A stretch of DNA of 64,000 bases from positions 140,626-204,625 of the IMG/VR virus record IMGVR_UViG_3300032242_002454. The stretch is one strand, 5' to 3'. Position numbers and translations under genes: made by a program. Under the pieces are notes generated by a model. It did no database searches. It was given only the letters and a program-made list of their open reading frames with translations, and had not been told where the DNA came from. The number at the start of each line of letters is the position of its first letter. Within the stretch, counting starts at the first letter, position 1. This document shows, in pieces, positions 1 to 8,347 of the stretch.

Positions 1-177
1 CCAGAAGAATTTGAAAGAGCTATCCAGTTTTATCTGCCTCAAATTACCACTGCTCTTTATGAGGATAAAAAGTGGCTAAGTAGAGGCGAGTATAGTTTGC
101 AGAACACTATTGACAATCTGATAGAGCGGTGTAAAACGATAGACAGTGGCGACAAGAATATCAATAAGTATCTCTAA
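1..177 (+). CDS. 3' end of hypothetical protein (partial)
   Basis: Frame 1 open from window start (PEEFERAIQF...NKYL*) to TAA at 175-177. Confidence 0.6.
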   Translation, partial: PEEFERAIQFYLPQITTALYEDKKWLSRGEYSLQNTIDNLIERCKTIDSGDKNINKYL

Positions 178-192
178 TTTGGAAAGACTATT

Positions 193-564
193 ATGGAAAC
201 CTATAGTATTATTGATCTTGAGGGATATGCTAAGGCTATGAGAGATGGTGCCGCATCTTCTTTTGAAAAAGACTACACAGAAAATCTTGATGATTTCATC
301 ACTATTGAGCAAGTAATCAATCTTATCAAGAAAAATAATCTTGGTTTGGATGAGGACGGGAACTACATTATTAACTCTAATATTTTTGATGAAATGTTTG
401 GGGAGATTAGGGACTGGCTTTATGGTGTTGGACTTTCTAAGTTGGCAGCAAAAGGCTTTGTAGATTGTGCATGGGATGATGAAGCTAATGAGATGGTATT
501 CTGGTTAGCTAATAAAGACAAGACTAATATTCCAGCAAAACCATCAGTAGATAATGATGACTGA
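193..564 (+). CDS. hypothetical protein, paralog family A
   Basis: C-term LSKLAAKGFVDCAWDD..EMVFW shared with 554..928 and 19193..19627. Confidence 0.8.
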   Translation: METYSIIDLEGYAKAMRDGAASSFEKDYTENLDDFITIEQVINLIKKNNLGLDEDGNYIINSNIFDEMFGEIRDWLYGVGLSKLAAKGFVDCAWDDEANEMVFWLANKDKTNIPAKPSVDNDD

Positions 565-928
565 ATACTACAAAGTTAAAAACATCAAATTGTTTGCTAA
601 AAGTATCAGAAAGAATGTTGCCCTTTGTTTCCCCAAATCTTATTCTGCTCAAATAGATGAGTTGATTTCAGTTGGTCAAACAGAAAATCTAATAAGACAG
701 TATGCTGAAATTTCTTCTAATGATGAATTTTTAATGAGTGAAGATAATTATAATCTGATATTTGACAATATTAAAGCTTGGCTATATAATAGTAGTCTAA
801 GTAAGCTTGCATCTTCTGGAGAGATAGAGTGTGCATGGGATGATGAAATAAATGAAATGATCTTTTGGCACACAAAATCTTCAGAAAAATTCCATATTGC
901 CTCTTGTTCTAGAAATAATTATGAGTAA
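554..928 (+). CDS. hypothetical protein, paralog family A
   Basis: LSKLASSGEIECAWDDEINEMIFW. Confidence 0.8.
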   Translation: MMTEYYKVKNIKLFAKSIRKNVALCFPKSYSAQIDELISVGQTENLIRQYAEISSNDEFLMSEDNYNLIFDNIKAWLYNSSLSKLASSGEIECAWDDEINEMIFWHTKSSEKFHIASCSRNNYE

Positions 929-1079
929 TCAAAACGAAATAAATGAACTAAAAAATCAAATACATGATTTAAAAGAATATCTATATTCTGATTTATGTAA
1001 GGCTTGTGGAGAGGCAGCATTATCTCTGGAGAAAATTAGCGAAAGATTAAATGAACTAGAGTCTCAACAAAATTCCTAA
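921..1079 (+). CDS. small coiled-coil protein with CxxC
   Basis: ORF coupled to upstream stop; heptad pattern. Confidence 0.6.
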   Translation: MSNQNEINELKNQIHDLKEYLYSDLCKACGEAALSLEKISERLNELESQQNS

Positions 1080-1084
1080 AGGTC

Positions 1085-1113
1085 TTGACAGTGGTTGGTC
1101 GATAGGATACAAT
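1085..1113 (+). promoter_or_regulatory. sigma70-type promoter for tRNA/tmRNA block
   Basis: TTGACA-N17-TACAAT, CGAT in spacer. Confidence 0.85.
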
Positions 1114-1126
1114 AGAAAGACAATAC

Positions 1127-1199
1127 GGGGCGTTCGTCTAATGGTCTAAGACGCTAGTCTTATTAACTAGCTAAGGGAGTTCGATTCTCTCACGCCCTA
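1127..1199 (+). tRNA. tRNA-Ile(UAU), atypical U37
   Basis: Acceptor GGGGCGT/ACGCCCT, D stem GTCT/AGAC, anticodon stem CTAGT/ACTAG with loop CTTATTA, T arm GGGAG-TTCGATT-CTCTC, A73; no encoded CCA. Confidence 0.8.
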
Positions 1200-1239
1200 C
1201 TTTTGCTTTAAGTATTCGATTCTTGATTGAAAGCAAGTA

Positions 1240-1440
1240 ATGAAACTACAGCCACTAACAGTAATTTTTGCTGGATTATTTCTAGTATCACTAGGATTTA
1301 ATATTCTATTGACTATACAGGTAAAAAAACTAGCTAATAAGCCTCCCAGAATTATTATAGAAAGAACACCAGAAATTCATATCAAACCAAAAGTTTGGGG
1401 GTATACTAAAGAATGGGCTAGTAAAGGTATCGACAGGTAA
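1240..1440 (+). CDS. small single-TM membrane protein
   Basis: Hydrophobic N-terminus; last 26 nt overlap tmRNA 5' end. Confidence 0.55.
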   Translation: MKLQPLTVIFAGLFLVSLGFNILLTIQVKKLANKPPRIIIERTPEIHIKPKVWGYTKEWASKGIDR

Positions 1441-1764
1441 AATAGATATAGATGGCATCGACTGGTTAATCGACCGGCCAGTTTAAAAGTCGATTAAAAT
1501 TGTTAATTGGCGAAGTAACTCTCGCTCTCGCTGCCTAATTAATTAGGTAATGAGTGGGGCGGCATGAGCCTTATTACCAAATCATGCTGACTCCGATATT
1601 CGGATATGGTAGTCTTACCAGACATAAATAAGACTGATGATTGTACTCAATCTGACGCAGATAATTCTGATAGCTTTGTTGGTAGTGTGATAACAACCAA
1701 CTAACGATGTAGAAGTTTGTATTGATGTTTATTCTGGACGGCAGTTCGACTCTGCCCTAGTCCA
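1415..1764 (+). ncRNA. ssrA: tmRNA, tag (A)GEVTLALAA at 1509-1538
   Basis: Acceptor GGGCTAG/CTAGTCC-A with G3.U70, D-loop ending TCGAC, T arm GGCAG-TTCGACT-CTGCC, 350 nt, internal tag ending ALAA-TAA. Confidence 0.95.
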
Positions 1765-1771
1765 CTTAATT

Positions 1772-1819
1772 TAGCTCTTGTTCATATTTTGGTGTAAAGA
1801 TATGTACAGGAAATAACTA
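1772..1819 (+). promoter_or_regulatory. RBS-sequestering hairpin with GGTGTA in loop
   Basis: CTTGT.CATATTTT-[GGTGTA]-AAGATATG.ACAGG. Confidence 0.7.
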
Positions 1820-2352
1820 TGAAAACTAATACATCTGTTGATTGTGCATATTGTGGTAAAAAAGTAGTAAAATTAGCTTCAGAAGTAAAAAGACGAAGGA
1901 AAGTAGGAAAAGATAAGTTTTATTGTAATAATAATTGTTCTGGTAAGCATAAGGCTGTTTATGTTATGCCATATAAGGATAATTTCAAAAAAACAAAATA
2001 TACTAGACAACCAGATAAGTTTGCTAATTTTAGATGGTATATAAAAAATGTCATCAAAAATTCTAAAAAACGTAATCAGGAATATGATATAGATCTAGAA
2101 TATTTGAATCAATTATGGGAAAACCAACTTGGAGTCTGTCCATTTACTAAACAGAAATTAGAACTCAGAACTCACAGCTATAAAAATAAGAAACATCCAT
2201 ATTCAGCTTCTTTAGATAGAATAGATAATACAAAAGGCTATATCAAAGGGAATATAAGATTTGTTGCTTTGATATTCAATTACGCAAAGAACACATTTAA
2301 CGATCAACAAGTTTTAGATTTTTGTCAAAACACAGTTTTAAGTATATCATGA
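1819..2352 (+). CDS. free-standing HNH-type homing endonuclease with N-terminal Zn finger
   Basis: CxxC...CxxxC; CPFT...SLDRIDNTKGYIKGNIRFV. Confidence 0.8.
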   Translation: MKTNTSVDCAYCGKKVVKLASEVKRRRKVGKDKFYCNNNCSGKHKAVYVMPYKDNFKKTKYTRQPDKFANFRWYIKNVIKNSKKRNQEYDIDLEYLNQLWENQLGVCPFTKQKLELRTHSYKNKKHPYSASLDRIDNTKGYIKGNIRFVALIFNYAKNTFNDQQVLDFCQNTVLSIS

Positions 2353-2915
2353 TAAATCCTAATGACGTAATTTTACATACTATAGATGCAAAATTTACAC
2401 AACTTATAATCTCTAATGCTAAAAAAGCAGAGATTGGAGGAAAATCTCAAATTAGAAATTCTAGTAAAAGATTATCTAATTTAGCAGAAGATCAGTTGGT
2501 CGGTCAAATATCTACATATTGTGGATCAATGATACTAACTGGTTCTCCAGAAGGATATATTCAAGCAAGAGATAAAGCAAATGCTACTCCTTTGGCTGGA
2601 GATAATGGACTAGATATAGTTGGTCTACCTAATGTGGATATTAAAGGTAGTTTGATGAGGTATTCTAATAATCCCCTAAATTACAGACTATTAGTTAGAC
2701 CAAAAGAAAGACACGAAAACTGGATTTATGTATTAGCATTAGTTCCAAAAGAAAGACCGTATAAAACTTATCTTGTGGGATGGGCTAATGACAATGATCT
2801 TCCATCAGAACCATATAATGGAGAGATAATATCTTTACATGGTGCATATGTTATTGAGGCTAGAAACTTAAGAAAAATTGAAGAATTAATTTCTCTTCAA
2901 CATAATTATGTCTAG
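2349..2915 (+). CDS. hypothetical protein, possible PD-(D/E)xK fold
   Basis: DNGLD....VDIK motif; YLVGW. Confidence 0.55.
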   Translation: MINPNDVILHTIDAKFTQLIISNAKKAEIGGKSQIRNSSKRLSNLAEDQLVGQISTYCGSMILTGSPEGYIQARDKANATPLAGDNGLDIVGLPNVDIKGSLMRYSNNPLNYRLLVRPKERHENWIYVLALVPKERPYKTYLVGWANDNDLPSEPYNGEIISLHGAYVIEARNLRKIEELISLQHNYV

Positions 2916-3333
2916 AAAAATTTGCATTTACTGTGGTAAAAGGAAAAATGCCAAGTCTTTTGCTAGACATATTGGACATAAAGATAATCTGGACAGTAGA
3001 TGCAGAAAGTGCGTTAAACAACATACTAAGATTAGAAATAAACTAAGGAAAAAGGCTCCTCAAAAGCCAGATGGTTGTGAGTGTTGTTTTTGTAGTCCAG
3101 ATAAATGGCACCTAGATCATGACCATGTTTATCATACCTTTAGGGGATGGTTATGTGAAACTTGTAATATAGGGATAGGAAAATTAGGAGATAATTTAGA
3201 AGGTATTGTTGCTGCTTTGAAATATTTATCAGTAAGAAGTAAGGTTGAAGATCAAGCTGTGCTAAATCACATTATTCAAGGCGTGGTTTTTTCTTTAAAC
3301 CATTTGCTAGAGAAAAGACGAAATGATGCTTGA
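2908..3333 (+). CDS. recombination endonuclease VII-like nuclease
   Basis: CECC...HLDHDH...RGWLCETCNIGIG. Confidence 0.85.
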   Translation: MSRKICIYCGKRKNAKSFARHIGHKDNLDSRCRKCVKQHTKIRNKLRKKAPQKPDGCECCFCSPDKWHLDHDHVYHTFRGWLCETCNIGIGKLGDNLEGIVAALKYLSVRSKVEDQAVLNHIIQGVVFSLNHLLEKRRNDA

Positions 3334-3358
3334 CAACAGCATTACCGTATGCTATACT
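3330..3358 (+). promoter_or_regulatory. sigma70-type promoter
   Basis: TTGACA-N17-TATACT. Confidence 0.85.
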
Positions 3359-3383
3359 TGGGAAAACACAGGAGAAATTGGAA

Positions 3384-4682
3384 ATGTCATTTGAGCATCT
3401 TAATGGTTTTGTTCGTGATCTGAAAGCAACTAGTAGTACACTTGATAAAGTTGGAATTATTGAGGATTATACCTCTTCCAATCAGGCTGGAGCAGATTTT
3501 ATCAAAAAGATTTTGCTCTATACTTATCATCCTCTTTGGCAGTATAATGTGACCAGCGATAATCTCAAAAAGAAATCTTCACTCAGAGGACAATCTTTTA
3601 AGACTGTTTTTGATTTGCTAGATTCTTTGAAGAACAGAGAAATCACAGGTCACGATGCTATTGGAGCAGTTAATACTTTTATTGACAATAATGGATACGA
3701 AGAACTCATCCACTGTATTATTGATAAGGATTTGAAAACCCGTGCTGGAGATAAGTTAATCAATAAGGCTATTCCAGATCACATTCCAACATTTAGCGTT
3801 GCATTAGCGGACAAGTATGTTCCTAAAATTGTAGACTGGAAGGATGGATGGTATGTTAGCAGGAAGATCGACGGTGCTAGATGTATTGCTATTGTTGACA
3901 GTAATGGTAATACTACCTTTTATTCCCGCACGGGAAAAAACTTTGATACTCTTGACGTTGTTAGCGGTGGGATTAAAGCTTTGGGACTTACTAATGTAAT
4001 TCTTGATGGAGAACTTTGTCTTGTTGATGAAGATGGTAATGAGGATTTTCAAGGAGTAATGAAAGAACTTCGCAAGAAGGATCATACTATTCCTAATCCT
4101 TCATATAAGATTTTTGATATGATTACTCATGATGAATTTTATAGTCAGAAGGGAGAACATAATAGACCCTTTGGTATCAGACTCAAGAATCTTACAGAAG
4201 TTATGAAAAAGAATGAATGTCCATGCCTAACACTATTGGATCAGTCCTTGATTAAGGACGAAAACCATTTTCAAGAATTTGTCAAAGAATCTACTCAGAA
4301 TGGTTGGGAGGGACTTATGCTTCGTGCAGATACTCCTTATAAGGGTAAGCGATCAAAAGACCTTCTCAAATATAAATCATTCTTTGATGACGAATATGAA
4401 GTTCTAGATACTGAAATGGGGCCGTTCCGCTATGTTAAAGATGGTGCAGAGTGCGAGGAGATTATGTTGAGTTGTGTTATGATTCAACATAAGGGTCATA
4501 CTGTCAGGGTTGGTTCTGGTTTTAGTATTGATCAAAGACAAGAGTTTTATAAGAATCCTAAGAAGATTTTGGGCAAAATAATTACTGTCCAATACTTTGA
4601 AGAAACAGAAAATGAAAAGGGTGGTATTAGCCTAAGATTTCCGACATTTAAAATTTTGCATGGGGATGAGAGGGATATTTGA
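3384..4682 (+). CDS. ATP-dependent DNA ligase
   Basis: KIDGAR adenylation motif, LDGEL, EGLMLR, LLKYK, VGSG, SLRFP; start after GGAG. Confidence 0.95.
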   Translation: MSFEHLNGFVRDLKATSSTLDKVGIIEDYTSSNQAGADFIKKILLYTYHPLWQYNVTSDNLKKKSSLRGQSFKTVFDLLDSLKNREITGHDAIGAVNTFIDNNGYEELIHCIIDKDLKTRAGDKLINKAIPDHIPTFSVALADKYVPKIVDWKDGWYVSRKIDGARCIAIVDSNGNTTFYSRTGKNFDTLDVVSGGIKALGLTNVILDGELCLVDEDGNEDFQGVMKELRKKDHTIPNPSYKIFDMITHDEFYSQKGEHNRPFGIRLKNLTEVMKKNECPCLTLLDQSLIKDENHFQEFVKESTQNGWEGLMLRADTPYKGKRSKDLLKYKSFFDDEYEVLDTEMGPFRYVKDGAECEEIMLSCVMIQHKGHTVRVGSGFSIDQRQEFYKNPKKILGKIITVQYFEETENEKGGISLRFPTFKILHGDERDI

Positions 4683-4739
4683 TTATTGGTTCCAATTAAG
4701 AGCGGTGTATAAAAATGTCCCGCCTCAAAGGAGCCTACC

Positions 4740-5165
4740 ATGCACAAGATTGTTATACGGTCAATTTTTTATCACTGGCTATTTTTATTTGTCGGTGTTG
4801 CTATAGGATTTATCTGCAACTCAGAATATGTTGGAGAAAAAGCTGTTGTTATAGAAAGATCAATTAATAATATCTTTTTCCCTATAGAATATAATGAGCA
4901 GATAGAAAATTATGTTAAATGGATGGGTAAAAATAGGATACATTCTGAATTAGGATATCCGCATGATTTTCAAATTCTTGAAGATGTTGTAAAGGGCGAG
5001 GAATATTATTGGGCTATAGCGAAATATACAGATGTAAAAACTGGACAAGAAATTAAAACTATAGTTAGTACAAAAATAAGATGGCGACCTTGGGAATATA
5101 ATTATCATACCAAGAAATTTGATAGCATCGTGGAAGAAAAAAGGCTAAGTCAGGATAAAAACTAA
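4740..5165 (+). CDS. membrane-anchored hypothetical protein
   Basis: N-terminal TM; GGAG RBS; GGTGTA at 4704. Confidence 0.7.
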   Translation: MHKIVIRSIFYHWLFLFVGVAIGFICNSEYVGEKAVVIERSINNIFFPIEYNEQIENYVKWMGKNRIHSELGYPHDFQILEDVVKGEEYYWAIAKYTDVKTGQEIKTIVSTKIRWRPWEYNYHTKKFDSIVEEKRLSQDKN

Positions 5166-5176
5166 AGAGCAGTGGC

Positions 5177-5205
5177 TTGACAAGACGATAGGACTAGTGT
5201 ACAAT
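5177..5205 (+). promoter_or_regulatory. sigma70-type promoter
   Basis: TTGACA-N17-TACAAT, CGAT in spacer. Confidence 0.85.
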
Positions 5206-5241
5206 CACAGCATACACTTTGGAAACAAACTTGGAGTTGAA

Positions 5242-5952
5242 ATGTCTGACCTAATCCAGCAAGATCGAATTGAAAAAAAGCCTGTTGTTATGAGTACCAG
5301 CAAGGCCGATGAATTTTTTAAGAATTTTCCCAAGGACAAGGTTGTTGCTTATAAAGATTATTGGGAAACTGTTCGTCCCAAGACTGATGAAGATATTTTT
5401 CGTCGCTATCTTTTTGCTTATTGCTCAGTTCACACCACTTGGCAAGGTAATGTCAAAGGATATAATGCTATTAAGAATTTTAGCGAATGGGTAGATAGCA
5501 AAGAAATTCTTTTGGAAAAACTTCATAAGAGTGGCGTCGGTCTACACAATAATCGCACCACTTATATCTGGGATTTTAGTACCAAGTTTTGGGCTAATCC
5601 TAAAGACTTTTATTTGACTACCAAGAAGTATCATGTTAAGAAACGAGACAGTATCCTTAATAAGATTAGTGGGATTGGTCTGGCTAAAATTAGCTTTGCT
5701 CTTGAAATGATCCATCCTAATGAGGCAAGAGTATTGTGCGGAGATATTCACCAATTGAGACTTTACGATGTCGAGGCTCTTAAGTATAATAAAAGTAAGT
5801 CTGGCTCAGAGATTTATAAAAAGATGGAGCGTCACTGGATGGTGAATTGTGGAAAGCTTAAAGTTCCATCGTATGTTGCCCGATCAATCTATTGGGATGA
5901 TCTGCAAAAGAAAGAAGATAGTCGTTACTGGAGTTATGTTCTGGAGAACTAA
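5242..5952 (+). CDS. HhH-family N-glycosylase/AP lyase (Ogg2-like)
   Basis: HhH ISGIGLAKISFAL and downstream DIHQLR. Confidence 0.7.
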   Translation: MSDLIQQDRIEKKPVVMSTSKADEFFKNFPKDKVVAYKDYWETVRPKTDEDIFRRYLFAYCSVHTTWQGNVKGYNAIKNFSEWVDSKEILLEKLHKSGVGLHNNRTTYIWDFSTKFWANPKDFYLTTKKYHVKKRDSILNKISGIGLAKISFALEMIHPNEARVLCGDIHQLRLYDVEALKYNKSKSGSEIYKKMERHWMVNCGKLKVPSYVARSIYWDDLQKKEDSRYWSYVLEN

Positions 5953-5954
5953 TT

Positions 5955-6080
5955 ATGCAGAATGGTAAAGGTTCTAAAAGACGAGTCAGTTTAGTTTCTC
6001 AAGAAACTTGGGATAAAAACTACGAAAGAATTTTTAGAAAGAAAAAAGATGGGAAGCGTAACGAATCTAAAAGAAAATAA
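5955..6080 (+). CDS. small basic protein (MQNGKGSKRR...)
   Basis: 41-aa ORF with GGAG RBS, below ORF-track cutoff. Confidence 0.6.
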   Translation: MQNGKGSKRRVSLVSQETWDKNYERIFRKKKDGKRNESKRK

Positions 6081-6327
6081 AACAATTTTCATTCCGTGTT
6101 CTTGTAAGAGTGAAATTTTAATGATCGAATATGATCATGAAATAGATATGGCTGATCTGGCAATATTTGAACATTATACAAATTATAGCAATAAGATGTC
6201 ATTATGGCAGAGACTACGATATTGTTTTCAGGTTTTGGTATATAAAAAACCCTATTCTGATCAGATGGTGCTAGACAAAAAACAATTAAAAGATTTGCAA
6301 AAATTCCTGAGTGGACTTAGCCTTTAA
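6049..6327 (+). CDS. hypothetical protein
   Basis: ORF in operon. Confidence 0.7.
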   Translation: MGSVTNLKENKTIFIPCSCKSEILMIEYDHEIDMADLAIFEHYTNYSNKMSLWQRLRYCFQVLVYKKPYSDQMVLDKKQLKDLQKFLSGLSL

Positions 6328-6372
6328 GGTGTATATTATAAGGTTTCCTAACTTATAACAGGGAGGCTAATT

Positions 6373-6588
6373 ATGGTCGTTAGAACAGCAGTAGAATTCA
6401 TGAATGATCAATTAGCTGATAGAGTGAAGGTCTTACAAAAAGCTTTAAACCAAGCAGAAAATATTATAACCACTCTAGAAAAAGAAAACAACAATCTAAA
6501 AGACGTTCTTAATAATCTAACGTCAGAAAATAAGGAAGATTATATGCTTAATAGCGAGGCTTTTAATGAGCCAGTGTTTACGGTCTAA
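6373..6588 (+). CDS. coiled-coil protein
   Basis: GGAGG RBS, heptads, GGTGTA at 6328. Confidence 0.7.
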   Translation: MVVRTAVEFMNDQLADRVKVLQKALNQAENIITTLEKENNNLKDVLNNLTSENKEDYMLNSEAFNEPVFTV

Positions 6589-6844
6589 AAATAAAAGAGT
6601 AATAACACAAATTGGTGAGAATGAATATTTGGTTGAAGGCGAAAGTGATTGGGCTAGATTTGGTTGTCAATCAGATATATCAATAATAACTTCCGCTAAT
6701 TTAGAAGGTGGCCCATTTTTATTAGTGGGCGATTCTTTTTTGGGTAAAGGTAAAATCTCAGCAATACAAAATATTGACAGTGGCAGAGATGGCTATATAA
6801 TAATCAAAGTTACCTTATTCTCTAAAAAGGAAAAACATGATTAA
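6566..6844 (+). CDS. hypothetical protein
   Basis: ORF in operon. Confidence 0.65.
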   Translation: MSQCLRSKNKRVITQIGENEYLVEGESDWARFGCQSDISIITSANLEGGPFLLVGDSFLGKGKISAIQNIDSGRDGYIIIKVTLFSKKEKHD

Positions 6845-6936
6845 TGAATTGATTCCTATGATCGGATTTAATCAAGCTATGTTAATAGCTGGATATAATG
6901 AATATCAAACTCAACAAATAATTAAAGGGTCTACTT

Positions 6937-7122
6937 ATGAGCCAACTTCACAAGAGTAATAAGAATAGAGTTTTATTTGGTGTTTGTGGAGGACTAGCAG
7001 AAAATCTAGGAGTAGATGCCGCCGTACTAAGAATAGGATTTGTTCTTGGAGCAATTTTTACTGGAAGTATTTTGTTTTGGGTTTACTTACTTTTTGCTTT
7101 AGTATTACCTACACAGGATTGA
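6937..7122 (+). CDS. pspC: PspC-domain membrane protein
   Basis: NRVLFGVCGGLAENLGVD...LR, TM, Y..ALVLP. Confidence 0.9.
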   Translation: MSQLHKSNKNRVLFGVCGGLAENLGVDAAVLRIGFVLGAIFTGSILFWVYLLFALVLPTQD

Positions 7123-7126
7123 TTCA

Positions 7127-7693
7127 ATGGACAGGATAGAAGGTGGTCAGAAAATTTTCTTTATCTCTGATCTTCACCTTGGACATAAAAATATCATAGG
7201 ATATTGTAATCGTCCATTCTCCACTGGAGAAGAAATGGATTCTCAAATTCTTTCTTCCATAAACGAAAAAGTCTCCCAAAACGATATTCTTTATGTTCTA
7301 GGAGATTTTTGCCATAAAGGTGGAGTTGCTCAATCTTATAGAGAAAGAATAGCTTGTGAAAATATTCATATGATTCTAGGTAATCATGATGAACCAACTA
7401 AATTTTCCACAGGATTTTCTAGTGTTGGCTATCAGAAAATGATTCTATATAAAAATCAAAAAATATTTATGTGTCACTATCCCATGCGAAGCTGGCCTAG
7501 TAGTCACAAAAAAAGCTGGATGCTTTATGGTCATGTTCATAGCAGATTCCATCGTGAGGACGTTGTTTCTGGTAGCCTCACGCTTGATGTAGGCGTGGAT
7601 AATAAAAGAGATGGGGTGACATTCGGTACTCCTTGGAGTTTTAAAGACGTTCAACAACAATTTCTGGCGAGAGCGAAAAATTTTTCAAGGTAG
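7127..7693 (+). CDS. calcineurin-like metallophosphoesterase
   Basis: DLH, GD, GNHD, CHYP, GHVH, DVGVD. Confidence 0.92.
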   Translation: MDRIEGGQKIFFISDLHLGHKNIIGYCNRPFSTGEEMDSQILSSINEKVSQNDILYVLGDFCHKGGVAQSYRERIACENIHMILGNHDEPTKFSTGFSSVGYQKMILYKNQKIFMCHYPMRSWPSSHKKSWMLYGHVHSRFHREDVVSGSLTLDVGVDNKRDGVTFGTPWSFKDVQQQFLARAKNFSR

Positions 7694-7697
7694 CCTG

Positions 7698-7726
7698 TTG
7701 ACAATGCCGATACCATACTGTACAAT
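7698..7726 (+). promoter_or_regulatory. sigma70-type promoter
   Basis: TTGACA-N17-TACAAT, GCCGAT in spacer. Confidence 0.85.
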
Positions 7727-7805
7727 CAAAGGAACAACGAGGGTAAGATCAGTCGCCTGACTGAGCCTGTCGTTGAAAGATTGGTTAAGAATTTGGAGGT
7801 TGATT

Positions 7806-8090
7806 ATGGCTGAAGTTACTACTACTGATAAGCAGACCCGTGTTCGTTGCAGTGATGATCAGTTTCTTGAGGCGGTTTTTAACAGCAGGACTTATGCTGA
7901 GATTGCTACTAAGACAGGTCAGAAGGTTGCTAGTACGATGGCTCGTTATGCTCGTACAAAGGCTGCTCTGGCTAAGAAGGGAATTGAACTTCCTGCTATG
8001 GAACGAGCAAAGCCTATTAAGACTATTGATAATGTCGAAGCTATGGCTGAGACAGTTCGCCGTCTAAAGGCTGCTCATTCTAACGGCTGA
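7806..8090 (+). CDS. small basic HTH-like DNA-binding protein
   Basis: GGAGG RBS; TYAEIATKTGQKVAST. Confidence 0.65.
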   Translation: MAEVTTTDKQTRVRCSDDQFLEAVFNSRTYAEIATKTGQKVASTMARYARTKAALAKKGIELPAMERAKPIKTIDNVEAMAETVRRLKAAHSNG

Positions 8091-8108
8091 GTTTAGTTCA
8101 AACCAAAT

Positions 8109-8192
8109 GCTTCCAACTACATCCCTCATAAATATTGTTAGAGACAACATAGACAAAATCTAACCAATCGTTATGATATGTAGCTTGGAAGT
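8109..8192 (+). ncRNA. putative structured RNA
   Basis: GCTTCCAACTACAT pairs with ATGTAGCTTGGAAGT; TCATAA/TTATGA; inner TAGA/TCTA hairpin. Confidence 0.45.
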
Positions 8193-8197
8193 ATAAT

Positions 8198-8270
8198 GGC
8201 CCAGTAACCCAATGGCAGAGGTAGCGGACTTAAAATCCGTCAAGTATCAGTTCGAGTCTGATCTGGGCCA
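8198..8270 (+). tRNA. tRNA-Leu(UAA), short variable loop
   Basis: GGCCCAG/CTGGGCC-A; anticodon arm GCGGA-CTTAAAA-TCCGT; T arm ATCAG-TTCGAGT-CTGAT. Confidence 0.92.
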
Positions 8271-8304
8271 CTTTAATGTGGTGTAAAAAGTAGACAAAAT
8301 ATAT

Positions 8305-8345
8305 CTATCTTGGTGTATGTAATTGTGGCACATACAAGGAGATAG
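8305..8345 (+). promoter_or_regulatory. RBS-sequestering hairpin containing GGTGTA
   Basis: CTATCT/AGATAG and TGTATGT/ACATACA stems cover AAGGAG. Confidence 0.75.
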
Positions 8346-8347
8346 TT

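Noticed and set aside
110-137. sigma70 promoter TTGACA-N16-TAAAAC
   Set aside because: Inside a coding region with an imperfect -10; only the GGTGTA motif was retained
3330-3383. Extended N-termini given by the ORF track for ligase (also 5197 and 7773)
   Set aside because: These starts fall within promoter or leader sequences; downstream ATGs have GGAG RBS
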